From assembly GCA_937127165.1 (NCBI GenBank), contig CAKZLR010000051.1:1-53473 (forward strand): a stretch of 53,473 nucleotides of DNA, in the 5' to 3' direction. Numbering within the stretch: position 1 is the first letter of the stretch; every line of letters starts with the position of its first letter. Of the stretch, positions 10,500 through 20,472 are shown piece after piece. The notes below the pieces were generated by a model that did not search any database, was not told where the DNA came from, and worked only from the letters and a program-made list of their open reading frames with translations. Source of the DNA: an uncultured Candidatus Peregrinibacteria bacterium. GTDB lineage: Bacteria; Patescibacteriota; JACMRA01. The position numbers were made by a program, and so were the translations under genes.

Positions 10500-11039
10500 T
10501 TAACTACCACCAATAAGGAGTCTCTGAACTATCAAAGATACATCTAAAACTATTCTGAAAATGAGATATATTAATCCCATAATTATCAAAGCTATAACAG
10601 TATTTTTAAAAGTTTCTTTTGCTTGTGCACTAGTTACTTTGCCATCCTTATCAAGTATAGATGATCCAGCAGCCCATTGCCAGCCACTATAAATCAACAT
10701 TAAAACACCGATCCCAAAAGCAATGTAAATTGCATAATCAACAAAAGAGAAAATCAAATTACTTGCATCTTTAACATTTCCAGTCCCCTCTATACCTTCA
10801 AGACAAGGTCCAAAATCACAAGGATCCAATGTCGGAATGTTTCCGTTTACATCTTTTAACAAAATTGGCGCAATAAGGAAGAAAAAATTTGATGTATGTA
10901 ACAATTTTTCTTTGTGTATAATTACTTGCACTGATCCAACAGATAAAATAGGTATAAATAAGGCAATAACAGCACCTAAAATGATTGACCAGAGAATGAT
11001 TCTTTTTATATTTTTTTTTCTTTCTTCTTTGTTATACAT
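10500..11039 (-). CDS. CPR pilin-like membrane protein (TrbC/VirB2-like T4SS_pilin family)
   Basis: C-terminal pattern IAFGIGVLMLIYSGWQW...AKETFKNTVIALIIMGLIYLI is characteristic of CPR pilins; a Cys pair precedes it. Confidence 0.65.
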   Translation of the reverse strand: MYNKEERKKNIKRIILWSIILGAVIALFIPILSVGSVQVIIHKEKLLHTSNFFFLIAPILLKDVNGNIPTLDPCDFGPCLEGIEGTGNVKDASNLIFSFVDYAIYIAFGIGVLMLIYSGWQWAAGSSILDKDGKVTSAQAKETFKNTVIALIIMGLIYLIFRIVLDVSLIVQRLLIGGS

Positions 11040-11231
11040 TTTTTAAAAATGTAATTTTTTTACTTTTACTTAAAAAGTAAGTGTTCAGTGATTGTATTAC
11101 AGGTTGATTTCTTTGTCAAATATAAAACTATTAGAAGAACATAATCATTTAATTACGATTTTTTAAAACTGAACTGAGTTATATTAATTTATCAACTATT
11201 TTTAACTAATATCAATTTGGCATATATTGAA

Positions 11232-11297
11232 TTATTATTTTACTTATTATTTTACTTATTTGTATTACTTATTCTTTTTGTATTACTTATTCTTTTT
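11232..11297. repeat. two adjacent tandem duplications (12 bp and 18 bp) next to a very AT-rich tract
   Basis: TTATTATTTTAC x2 (11232-11255) and GTATTACTTATTCTTTTT x2 (11262-11297). Confidence 0.8.
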
Positions 11298-11489
11298 AAG
11301 ATAAGAACAATCAATTAGGATTTAATAGTTACTTTATAAATAATATTGACAGAAATATCTATATTAATTATTAATATTATATAATATTTATTTATATATA
11401 TAATATAATTCATATTTATTTAATATTATTAACAGATTAACAGAAATATTTATTTAGTTAAACTAATAGCTTGGTTAAGTAAATAGGTT

Positions 11490-11804
11490 ATGATAATTAC
11501 AACTACAGATTTTATTCCTTCAAAAAATATTATAGAAATTTTAGGTGTTGTTCAAGGCAGCACGGTCAGGGTAAAACATATTGGTCACGAGCTTCTTACT
11601 GCTTTGAAAAGTATTATAGGTGGAGAATTGTGTAGCTACACTCGACTTATTACTGAATCTAGAGAACAAGCTATCCAAAGAATGATTGAAGATGCTAACC
11701 AGATGGGGGCTGATGCTATAATTAATGTTCGTTTTGTTACGGCTGAAATTACGACCGGTGCTGCCGAAATTTTGGTATACGGAACAGCTGTTAAAATTGC
11801 TTAA
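11490..11804 (+). CDS. YbjQ/UPF0145 family protein (putative heavy-metal binding)
   Basis: MIITTTD.IP...I.EILGVV.G, IIGGEL.SYT.L..ESREQA..RM, GADAIINVRF, EILVYGTAVK. Confidence 0.92.
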   Translation: MIITTTDFIPSKNIIEILGVVQGSTVRVKHIGHELLTALKSIIGGELCSYTRLITESREQAIQRMIEDANQMGADAIINVRFVTAEITTGAAEILVYGTAVKIA

Positions 11805-11806
11805 AT

Positions 11807-11989
11807 ATGCCCAAATTAGGGATCTCTGAAAGAGAAGAGTTTATAGCTAAAATGATTATAATCGTATTCTTGATTATGGTACTGGTTGTTACTAGTTTTT
11901 TTGTGTTTATGGTATTGAGCGATAGACCACCAGATCCAGATTCACAGAATCCGGCAGATTCGTCTTTTATGTTTTTGGACTTGAGATAA
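11807..11989 (+). CDS. small single-pass membrane protein
   Basis: 60 aa, one strong TM helix, starts 2 nt after the ybjQ-like stop. Confidence 0.55.
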   Translation: MPKLGISEREEFIAKMIIIVFLIMVLVVTSFFVFMVLSDRPPDPDSQNPADSSFMFLDLR

Positions 11990-12199
11990 TATTTAGTTAA
12001 CTGATTAACTTGTCTAGTCTTTATTCTTCTTCAGTAAGAGAGTAGATAGTTGTAAAGCAAGGGTATTAATTGAGTTATCCTAACTAAACCTGGGTAGGAT
12101 TAAGTTTTTAGTGTATTCTGAAACAGATTTTCCCATCTTATTCTTTTAAGTAATTAAGCTATACTAAATAAAATTGAAATAATAACAAAGACAAAAGGT

Positions 12200-13726
12200 T
12201 TACAAATTACTATTATCATCTATTTCCATTTCTATGATTTTCTTAGTTTCTACCAACCTTGCATTCAAGCCTACCATTTTTGCACCTTGGCTTTGGGTAT
12301 CTGGTATAACCAACTGTAATTGACTTAGTTCGTCTTGATTAAATTGGCTAGTATCTCCGGGAATAAATAAATTTTTACTGACAGCTAGATACTTCCATTC
12401 CCACAAACTACCTTTAGTATCATATGCTCTAATAAAAATCTCATCTCTAGGCACAAGTTCAGCTATTCTATCAAAACTAAATCCCTGATTCATAGCTATT
12501 TTGGTTTCCACTAGAGCATTAAATCCATATATATGTGTTATACCTAGTTTACCGGGCATACTAGACTCTTTTGTGTGAATTAGCTGTTGCGTTAATAAGT
12601 CTTTCAAATCGTTTTTCCAGACGTCCGTATTCCAAGATATTAATATATCCTCATATCCTAGTTTTGGTATTGATAAATATCCTGCTTTTATAGCATCCAC
12701 ATCAACTGTGAAAGTAGTTTCTTCCATAACCTTTTTTTCGGGCTTATTTTTTTGTTTTTTTACAGCTAAACTTTGAAGTCTCAAAGAGAGAATGTTCGTA
12801 GATATAAAATCACCTGCTATAGATTGGTTGTTTTTCGGGTTTGTTCCCGACAATACATCTATTCCATCTAAAACTTGGTTATTATTTTGATTTGGATCTA
12901 AAGGGTTTGTTCTTAACAAGAATTCTTCGTAGTTTGTTAGTCCATCTTTATCTATATCTTGATCTGGTAAGTTATCCTGTTCTCCGATAAAAATATTTGC
13001 CCATTGGGCGTAATTTTCGGTTCTAGAGTAAATTTGCCTTTGAATTACTAAATATAATTTCTCAAATTTTTCGCTTATAGTACCACCTAAAAAAAGCAAA
13101 ATAAGACTTATAATTGTAGACGTTATAAGTACTTTAAGTACTAATTTTTTACCGAAAAACTTAGTTAAGTTAGACCTAATTAATTTTATAGGCTTAGGTA
13201 CATTTATACCTATTTGCTGTATTAGTTGGGTAGAGTCTGTATTCCTTTTTGGACAAAAAACTTGTTGTTTTCGAGAAATCAAAATTTTGTTAAGTTTTTC
13301 TTTGAGTTGTTTGTTATTATTTTGGTTTAACCAAAACGGGATTATATTACCTTTTTTCTTAATTTTGCGATAAATACTTAATTTTAACGATTTAAAATAA
13401 TCTATTATTGGTTTTAAAAAACTTAATAGTTTAGATTTAAAATTGTTAGTATTTTCATTACTAAAGTATAAATTTTCTAAGTCCTTTACTTTAGAGCTGT
13501 TCAAAATTGCATCAGTAAAATCAAACTTCGGAATAAATTTCAGATTTTTTTGTGATTTGGCTTTTTTTTGTTTTTGTTTTAAGTTATACAATCTTAATAA
13601 ATTTTTCCTATTTTTAGGATCTAACATGTCTAAGAAATGACGGCGAGATTCATCAGATTCGAATGACTCGTATTTTTTGAGCAATTTTGACCAGTTTTTT
13701 ATTGATGAATTAGTTTCTTTATTCAT
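12200..13726 (-). CDS. membrane-anchored protein with TSP3-like Ca-binding repeat and degenerate sortase-fold domain
   Basis: Basic N-terminal region, one TM helix, DQDIDKDGLTNYEEFLLRTNPLDP repeat, then LSIPKLG...H...SSMPGKLG..HIYG sortase pattern lacking the His/Cys/Arg triad. Confidence 0.7.
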   Translation of the reverse strand: MNKETNSSIKNWSKLLKKYESFESDESRRHFLDMLDPKNRKNLLRLYNLKQKQKKAKSQKNLKFIPKFDFTDAILNSSKVKDLENLYFSNENTNNFKSKLLSFLKPIIDYFKSLKLSIYRKIKKKGNIIPFWLNQNNNKQLKEKLNKILISRKQQVFCPKRNTDSTQLIQQIGINVPKPIKLIRSNLTKFFGKKLVLKVLITSTIISLILLFLGGTISEKFEKLYLVIQRQIYSRTENYAQWANIFIGEQDNLPDQDIDKDGLTNYEEFLLRTNPLDPNQNNNQVLDGIDVLSGTNPKNNQSIAGDFISTNILSLRLQSLAVKKQKNKPEKKVMEETTFTVDVDAIKAGYLSIPKLGYEDILISWNTDVWKNDLKDLLTQQLIHTKESSMPGKLGITHIYGFNALVETKIAMNQGFSFDRIAELVPRDEIFIRAYDTKGSLWEWKYLAVSKNLFIPGDTSQFNQDELSQLQLVIPDTQSQGAKMVGLNARLVETKKIIEMEIDDNSNL

Positions 13727-14184
13727 AAATTATTTTGAGCCTGGGAAATTGTAAATTTTTGTAGGTATTTCATTTGTTTTGGAAACCAAATTTGCAAGTT
13801 TAGACCAATTAGACCAATCCATATTTGTAAATCTGCTAAATTACTTAGTGCGACGTAAATATTTAAATAGTCAGCAACTCCCCCAAAAATTAATTTCTCA
13901 ACTATATTACTCCAAATACCAGTAATAATAAGAATACTAGATACCGGGTAATCTCTAAATAGATTTAGAACAAAAACCATTATTGTAGCTGTTAAAGCAA
14001 ATAATGTTATAAGCCATAAATCTATTTTTAGATGGAAAATATCTTGATTAATTACAAAACTTCCAAAATTTCTTACGATTAAAGACATTAGTAAATTAAA
14101 ACCTAACAAGAAAATGATAATATTAAGCTGATTCATTAACCAATTAGAACCTAATCTGTTAGAAGGTGTTTGTTTTTTAGCCAT
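13723..14184 (-). CDS. lspA: lipoprotein signal peptidase II-like protein
   Basis: GIWSNIVEKL.FGGVADYL and SNLADL match LspA G..GN..DR...G.V.DF and FN.AD, with both catalytic Asp kept. Start moved to ATG 14184; overlaps the next gene by 4 nt. Confidence 0.7.
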   Translation of the reverse strand: MAKKQTPSNRLGSNWLMNQLNIIIFLLGFNLLMSLIVRNFGSFVINQDIFHLKIDLWLITLFALTATIMVFVLNLFRDYPVSSILIITGIWSNIVEKLIFGGVADYLNIYVALSNLADLQIWIGLIGLNLQIWFPKQMKYLQKFTISQAQNNL

Positions 14185-14429
14185 TGTATTTTGTGAGAAA
14201 AGTTTTTTAATTTTAACCAAATAAAAGTTATTATAACCTTATTATAACCTATTTTTTAGTCTTTTGCAAACTAACTATTTATTACATTACTTATTGTTTG
14301 ATTATCATAATATCATAATTATCGTAATATCATAAAAAAATAGTTTATGATAGTTTAAAAATTTTTTAAATAAATTTATTTTATTTATATTTTGTTTGTT
14401 TAAAAATTTCAAACTTACGATTTATTTGT

Positions 14430-14458
14430 TTGACATCAATTTTGAACTTGATTATACT
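14430..14458 (+). promoter_or_regulatory. sigma70-type promoter for the solute-binding protein gene
   Basis: TTGACA-N17-TATACT. Confidence 0.7.
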
Positions 14459-14552
14459 GCTTCGGCTGGATAGAAAAAATTTAACAGCAGTCTGTTTTTT
14501 AAAATAGTTTTTTGGTTAATTGATAAACTTTATAAGTAAATTCTAATTATTT

Positions 14553-15980
14553 ATGGAAATACCTTATTTCATTCAAAATCTTTGGGAGACTAGAAAGACT
14601 TTAGTGATTGTTGTGGTTATTTTGGTTGTATTTGTTATAGTTAGTGGACTAGTATTGTTGTTTATACCTAAAAACAAAATAATCATGGAACTCAATATTC
14701 CTAGGGAAAAAGTTGAGCTTATATGGTGGAAACCAAAATTTCCACAGATGAATTCAAGCTCATACAGAAATATAATAGGTAAATTTAGGTCAATAAATCC
14801 AAATGTAAATATAAAAATAATAGATAAAACATATGGTCCAGATTATTATAGAGATCTGCTTTTAGCAATGGCAGGAGGAGAAGGTCCGGACATATTTTCC
14901 ATTCATAATAACGATTTAAGAGCATATTTACCCTATATTAGTCCTATATCTACTTTTCAAAATCGAGACCCAAACACTCAAGAAAGAATATTAGAGCTAT
15001 ACAAAAGAGATTTTGTGGATATGGTAGTAAGAGACACTATTTCGCAAGACCAAGTTTATGGTATAACTAGCTATGTCGATAATATGCAAATGTATGTTAA
15101 TCGAGATTTACTTAATCAAGCTGGCATACCTTTGCCAGCTAGAACTTGGGATGATTTGTTAGTGCAAATACCGGCCCTTACTAGACAAAGTCAGTTTGGT
15201 GGAGTTTTTGAGCAAAGTGCTATTTCTCTAGGTACAGGTAATATTATCGGAAGCCCTGTTCCAAACATAGACAAACACCATGAAATTTTACCACTTTTAA
15301 TTTTCCAAAAAGGTAACCCTATATATGATAATATAAAAGAAGAAGTAACACTAAATCGAAAGGGTGACCGAGGTAACAATCCATCCTTAGAGGCTATTAA
15401 TTTTTATTATAGTTTTGCTGATCCTAAAGACGAAAGATATACATGGAGCAATACGTCGCCTAATAATGTTGAAGCTTTTACTTCAGGAAGATTGGCATAT
15501 ATAATTCACTATAGTTATTTTGCGTCAGAAATTCAGCGGAGAAATCCGAGGTTGAATTTTGAGGTGGTACCCTTACCTCAGTTTGATGGGACAAATCGCA
15601 AGACTTTTGGATTTTTCTATATGGATGTTTTAAGTAAAAGATTAGAGCAAAATTTTGCTAAAAAATATTGGGCAGAACAATTCATGCTATATTTGTCGCA
15701 GTCGGAGCAACAAAAAGAGTTAGCCACTATAACCGGCTTTCCTCCAGCTAGAAGAGATGTAATTCAAGAGCAACTACTCGGTGACAGACAGAAGCAAGTA
15801 TTTGCACAAGGGGCTTTAATTGCGGATAGTTATTACAGACCAGATCCGGCTAAAACTGAGAGAATTTGGTCTGAGATGATCTATAGAATGCACTTTGAAA
15901 ACAGAACTGCAGCACAGGTTTTGGATGACGCTGTAAAAGAATATCAAGCGTTGGTAAGAGCCGGTCCTAAACCTAGGTAG
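14553..15980 (+). CDS. extracellular solute-binding protein (ABC sugar-type), membrane anchored
   Basis: N-terminal TM anchor; AGGEGPDIF, MYVNRDLL.QAGI..P.RTWDDL, AF.SGRLA, LNFEVVPLPQ. Confidence 0.85.
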   Translation: MEIPYFIQNLWETRKTLVIVVVILVVFVIVSGLVLLFIPKNKIIMELNIPREKVELIWWKPKFPQMNSSSYRNIIGKFRSINPNVNIKIIDKTYGPDYYRDLLLAMAGGEGPDIFSIHNNDLRAYLPYISPISTFQNRDPNTQERILELYKRDFVDMVVRDTISQDQVYGITSYVDNMQMYVNRDLLNQAGIPLPARTWDDLLVQIPALTRQSQFGGVFEQSAISLGTGNIIGSPVPNIDKHHEILPLLIFQKGNPIYDNIKEEVTLNRKGDRGNNPSLEAINFYYSFADPKDERYTWSNTSPNNVEAFTSGRLAYIIHYSYFASEIQRRNPRLNFEVVPLPQFDGTNRKTFGFFYMDVLSKRLEQNFAKKYWAEQFMLYLSQSEQQKELATITGFPPARRDVIQEQLLGDRQKQVFAQGALIADSYYRPDPAKTERIWSEMIYRMHFENRTAAQVLDDAVKEYQALVRAGPKPR

Positions 15981-16217
15981 AATTTTCTCTTCCCCAGTTC
16001 TCACCTTGACTGAGTCTGAGGTAATGTGATTTCTAATCAATCTTCTACAGATAGTAAGAATTTAAAGTTGACTTTCAAAATTTTTCAAAATTTCTTAAAA
16101 GAGATTAAACTAAAATACTCTCCACATTAGATTTAACCGAAATCTCGGTTTTTAATAAAAAAATCACAAGGTTTAATTTGTTAGGGGGCAAATATGGATA
16201 CAATCTTTTAAAAAAGT

Positions 16218-17045
16218 TCATTCTAGTAAACTTTTCCAATCTTGAGCAAATTTTAGTAATCCTTTTGTTGTTAATTCGTGAGAAATGTCTATGTCTTGCC
16301 ACTTCTGAGTGTAATCTAGATTTTCAAATCCTATGGGTGTCAAGTTTTGAGGAGAATAGGTTATGTTCTGGCTTTGGTGCCATTCTTTTATGATTGATAA
16401 AGGTAAAGTGACAATATCTAGACCAATGTCAAAACAGTACTGTAAATGATTGAGATTGCGGATACTAGCACCCAAAATTTCTACCGGACTCTGAAGTTGT
16501 TGGTACATCTTTTGAACGTTAGCTAACAAATCAACTCCTTTAAGACCAATATCGTCCAGTCTTCCTACAAAAGGAGAAATAAAAACTTGACCCTTGGTAG
16601 CACCTACAGAAATTACTAAATTATGAATAGCTAAGGCTTGTTTTTGATTAAATACTAAAGTAAAATTGGCTCTGCCACCTTGCTTTATGAATTTTGCAGC
16701 AGCCTCTAACGCGGCTGGAATGGTTGGAAACTTAATGTGAGCATTATCTATCCATTCATTCATACTTATAGCTTGCTCGTAAATCTCTTTAGCACTTGTT
16801 CGCTGATCTGCATAAACTTCAATTGACACTGATCCGTTTGGGATTAGCTTGGATATTTTTTGGACATTAGTTTTATAAAAACCAAGCATTTCTTCTTCAG
16901 AAATTTTGCTTGATTGGTTCAAATTTTTGACAACTAAACTAGGATTAGTTGTTTGACCATCTAAGCCACCAAGCATTTCAATCGCCTGAGCTGTTTCAGC
17001 AGGGTTAGCACTATCCAAAAATATTTTAGTTTTTTTGTGAAACAT
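16218..17045 (-). CDS. tal: transaldolase family protein
   Basis: KIFLDSAN, GQTTNPSLV, HIKFP (Schiff-base Lys), NFTLVF, ISPFVGRLDD, ILGASIR. Confidence 0.9.
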   Translation of the reverse strand: MFHKKTKIFLDSANPAETAQAIEMLGGLDGQTTNPSLVVKNLNQSSKISEEEMLGFYKTNVQKISKLIPNGSVSIEVYADQRTSAKEIYEQAISMNEWIDNAHIKFPTIPAALEAAAKFIKQGGRANFTLVFNQKQALAIHNLVISVGATKGQVFISPFVGRLDDIGLKGVDLLANVQKMYQQLQSPVEILGASIRNLNHLQYCFDIGLDIVTLPLSIIKEWHQSQNITYSPQNLTPIGFENLDYTQKWQDIDISHELTTKGLLKFAQDWKSLLE

Positions 17046-17248
17046 AAAACCGTAAAATGTGTAAAATATATATTTGGTATAACCTTTTGTTTAAATAAAA
17101 TTTGAAAATGTCAATGTGTATTTGTTTTTTTATTAGGTTAAGCAAGTTGATCCAAAAATCTTTACACAAGATTTTAAGTACTAAGTAAGTTGTGCTTTTT
17201 TAAAAAAACTCAAACGCACAAAATCAGGATAATAATTATGTCAAATTG

Positions 17249-18877
17249 TTAATTTCTTTGGTTTTTGTATAAAATTGATAAACAAAATATCAAGACTGAA
17301 AACCAAAAAATTCCTAATTCAAAAAACAGCATTAGCCAAAGATTGTGAATCGGTTGGTGTATACTCAAAGCAAGGTCAGAATTGTAGCTTCTGTGATAAA
17401 AGGGGTATTGACCTAACCCGATTCCAAAGATTTTTTGCCACCAAGGTAGTTGCCAAAAAGTTTCCCAAAACCTAACATATTCATTAATTCTAACCCAATC
17501 GCTACTATAACTATAGGCAAATCTAGAAAAAAATACGAATCCAAAAGTTATGATAAAACTAGATAGAATATACCATTTCTGTTTTATAAATTCAAAGATT
17601 TTAGTCTTTAGCAGTTCTGAGCTAAGGTTCTGTAAACCTATTTTTTGATCCAAAAAATAAACTAATATTAAAAAAATTAGGCTAATCCAAGCAATTCTAC
17701 TAAAACTTAAAACTACAATTGCTCCGCTAATTAGTTTTAACCACCAACTTAGGGATTTTAATCTGTAATTGGTATTGTATTTTTTAAGTAAAATTGCTAA
17801 CCAAAACCCTAAAATACCAACAAAACCAAGAATATTTGGATGTTGCATCAAACCGTAACCTCTTAGTAAGACTAAATAATAATCGCCTATAGGTTGTCTA
17901 GCTGTAAATCTGGTATTGAGAGACACTGGTGGTTCGCCTAAAAATTGTAATCCTAAATTGTGTCCAGTAATAACTTGACCAGTCGCTACTACTAGATTTT
18001 GAATAAAAAATAATGTTAATAAGAATAGAACACTGGTGAATAGAATTTTGGGAATGTTTTCGGTATAGTTTAGAATTTGCTTAAAAATGGACATCCCCGA
18101 AATAGTGATTTTTGTAGCTAATGAAGAGTTTTTAGAAGAAACAGAGGTTTGTTCAAAATTTAACCGGTCGTTTTTAAGAAAAGGTGTTAACAAATTTTGA
18201 CCAGATTGAACAGGTAATCTTTGAAAAGTGTTGATATCGTGTTTCAAGTATTTCCAATTATTAAAGTTTAGATTTTCTAATCCCGAATTAAACAAAAATG
18301 ATTTTTGAGATTTTATCTGAGAAAGTAAACTAGTTGGTTTTTGAAGTAAACCAGAAATAAAACCAAGCCAGATTATTTGAAAGATAACCCAAGCTAGCAA
18401 AACCCCAAAAGGGCTAGAAAGTAGCAAATGATCAAGTAAAGAGTATGCTCCTAAAACAATCAGCCAAATTTTGAATAGGGGTTGTCGAAACCATCGCCAA
18501 AAACCAACTAAAATTGCTAGCCACAGAACCAAATTTGACCAAAAAATAATCATACTAGCTAGCTCATCTAGGCTAGGGTTGGCTAGGTTGATTTGCCATA
18601 AAGAGATTGTTAACAGCCCTAAAACAAAAAATTTGTAGAGAATATTTTGTCGAAAAAGTTCAAAAAAGACTAGTATCAAAACAATTAAGTTGCCTAAAGA
18701 TAAGACAATATCCAAAAAGTTATTCACTAAAGAATAGCCTAAAAAAGGATTAAAATTTACAAATTTGGGCCACAACAAAGCTAAACAAGCAAGAAATAAA
18801 CAACTAGCCAAAACTAAATGCTTAAATAGATATTTAAGCTGAAATGTATTATATGTCACAACTTCTACATAAGTCAT
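17249..18877 (-). CDS. O-antigen ligase/Wzy_C family polytopic membrane protein
   Basis: LRGYGLMQHPNILG, SFSRIAW, FGIGLGQY, PIHNLWLMLFFELG. Confidence 0.8.
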   Translation of the reverse strand: MTYVEVVTYNTFQLKYLFKHLVLASCLFLACLALLWPKFVNFNPFLGYSLVNNFLDIVLSLGNLIVLILVFFELFRQNILYKFFVLGLLTISLWQINLANPSLDELASMIIFWSNLVLWLAILVGFWRWFRQPLFKIWLIVLGAYSLLDHLLLSSPFGVLLAWVIFQIIWLGFISGLLQKPTSLLSQIKSQKSFLFNSGLENLNFNNWKYLKHDINTFQRLPVQSGQNLLTPFLKNDRLNFEQTSVSSKNSSLATKITISGMSIFKQILNYTENIPKILFTSVLFLLTLFFIQNLVVATGQVITGHNLGLQFLGEPPVSLNTRFTARQPIGDYYLVLLRGYGLMQHPNILGFVGILGFWLAILLKKYNTNYRLKSLSWWLKLISGAIVVLSFSRIAWISLIFLILVYFLDQKIGLQNLSSELLKTKIFEFIKQKWYILSSFIITFGFVFFSRFAYSYSSDWVRINEYVRFWETFWQLPWWQKIFGIGLGQYPFYHRSYNSDLALSIHQPIHNLWLMLFFELGIFWFSVLIFCLSILYKNQRN

Positions 18878-19034
18878 TTTTTATAAATTTGTCTAAAAGA
18901 TTATATCTTTATCAAAAATTTAAATTAAATTTAGTGTGGATATTCCGCACTAAAATGGTAGATAAATTTAAACAATCTTGACAAGATTAGTTATTAAGTT
19001 ATTATTTTTTTACTTTTTGTTAAATTTTTTTATT

Positions 19035-19220
19035 ATGATTAAAGCTCAAAATCCAAACACAGAAGAATGGTTTGATCTACCCGAGGGTACTTTGGTCGGG
19101 GAGATAGTAACCGATCCTATAACAGGAGAAATGTTCGAAGTGGTCGCAATTGGAGATGGTAAAAACGGTGGAATCGCTACTTTAAGACTAGTAAATGTAG
19201 AAGAGGATTGGGGGCAATAA
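19035..19220 (+). CDS. lysW: LysW/amino-group carrier protein homologue, Cys-free, C-terminus EEDWGQ
   Basis: 61 aa acidic protein with GEIV.DP.TG..FEVV and terminal EEDWG(Q), directly upstream of lysX. Start moved to ATG 19035. Confidence 0.85.
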   Translation: MIKAQNPNTEEWFDLPEGTLVGEIVTDPITGEMFEVVAIGDGKNGGIATLRLVNVEEDWGQ

Positions 19221-19400
19221 AAAGCATAAAACCATGATTTTTTTGGTTTGTTAATATGTGTTTTTAATACAAATTTGTTTTTGGTGTTGCCGTTTGCTGT
19301 AACTAGCTCTTTGTCAATATTTTTTCAAGTCAAATTAAAATTACAAAAAGCTAAAATTTTAAACGATTTTGAAATTAACATTTGCTACATTTGCTAAATT

Positions 19401-20240
19401 ATGAAAAAAATAGCACTCCTTCATACAGGAATTAGATTAGATGAAAAACTAATCATTGAGGCGGCTGAAAAACGACGTATTCATATTGAACTGGTCAATT
19501 TTAATGAAGTTATTTTAGACCCTCAGCAAATAGATTACTGGTTACAGTTTGATTGTCTTTTAGAAAGATGTGTCTCTACTGTAAAAGGTAACGCGGCGAT
19601 TGAATTTTTTAGTAATCTTGGACTTAGAATAGTAAATAATAAACAGATAATGAATATTTGTAACGACAAATTTCAGACCTCTACAATTTTAACAAAACAC
19701 AAAGTTCCTCACCTTAAATCCATTTTGGTTTTTGGGGAAAACCAGGTAAGACAGGCTGTTGATATGCTTGGTGGTTATCCTGTAGTTATTAAATCTAGGG
19801 AAGGTTCTTGGGGTAGATTTGTCAGTAAAGTTAATGATGAAGATTCTTTGGAGGCTATATTTGATCTTAGATGTCAGGTTGGAGTGACTCATCAAGCTCA
19901 CATCGTTCAAAAGTACATAAGTAAGAAAAATAACCGAGATATTAGGGCTGCTACTATAGATGGTAAAGTTGTGGCCGCAATATATCGCACTACAGAGCAC
20001 TGGATCACAAATACTGCTAGAGGGGCTAAAGCTACCTACTGCCCTATAGATGAAGATTTACAGAATATTTGTAAAATGGCTTCTGATGCAGTCGGTGGCG
20101 GAATTTTAGGAATAGATGTTTTTGAAACTGATACTGGTTATATTATCAACGAGATAAACCATACAATGGAGTACAAGAATGTACAAGCTGCTACAGGAAT
20201 CAACATTGCTGATAAAATTTTAGATTTTTGTGTTGGCTAA
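19401..20240 (+). CDS. lysX: LysX/RimK family ATP-grasp ligase
   Basis: GSWGR, RDIRA, AAIYR...WITNTARG, GIDVFET, NEINHTMEYKN: LysX-type signatures. Confidence 0.88.
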   Translation: MKKIALLHTGIRLDEKLIIEAAEKRRIHIELVNFNEVILDPQQIDYWLQFDCLLERCVSTVKGNAAIEFFSNLGLRIVNNKQIMNICNDKFQTSTILTKHKVPHLKSILVFGENQVRQAVDMLGGYPVVIKSREGSWGRFVSKVNDEDSLEAIFDLRCQVGVTHQAHIVQKYISKKNNRDIRAATIDGKVVAAIYRTTEHWITNTARGAKATYCPIDEDLQNICKMASDAVGGGILGIDVFETDTGYIINEINHTMEYKNVQAATGINIADKILDFCVG

Positions 20241-20396
20241 TTTTCAACTCATTTTTAGAATAATTTGGAAGGATATGCATTTTTTCATATCTAAAGTGAT
20301 AAATTAAAGTGATATTTCAATTAGTCAGAATTTTTTATTTGTAGTGTTTGCTAGTGAGCTTGATTTTTCGAAGCACAAAAAGTGAGCACTAAGCAC

Positions 20397-20425
20397 TTGA
20401 CAAAAGTAGATTTTGTCCTTAACCT
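20397..20425 (+). promoter_or_regulatory. sigma70-type promoter for the rpsF-rpsR fusion
   Basis: TTGACA-N17-TAACCT. Confidence 0.55.
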
Positions 20426-20472
20426 CCCAGTTCTATTAGCTTAAATTAGTTTGAAAACTATATATCTATAAT

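Noticed and set aside
11100..11470. Very AT-rich tract as a replication origin or CRISPR leader
   Set aside because: No DnaA-box cluster or dnaA nearby, and no repeat-spacer periodicity; only short tandem duplications.
6137..20240. LysW/LysX + transaldolase + DegT as an amino-group-carrier secondary-metabolite cluster
   Set aside because: The genes are on different strands and separated by unrelated genes. The required kinase, reductase and release peptidase are absent from the window, and such pathways use transketolase rather than transaldolase.
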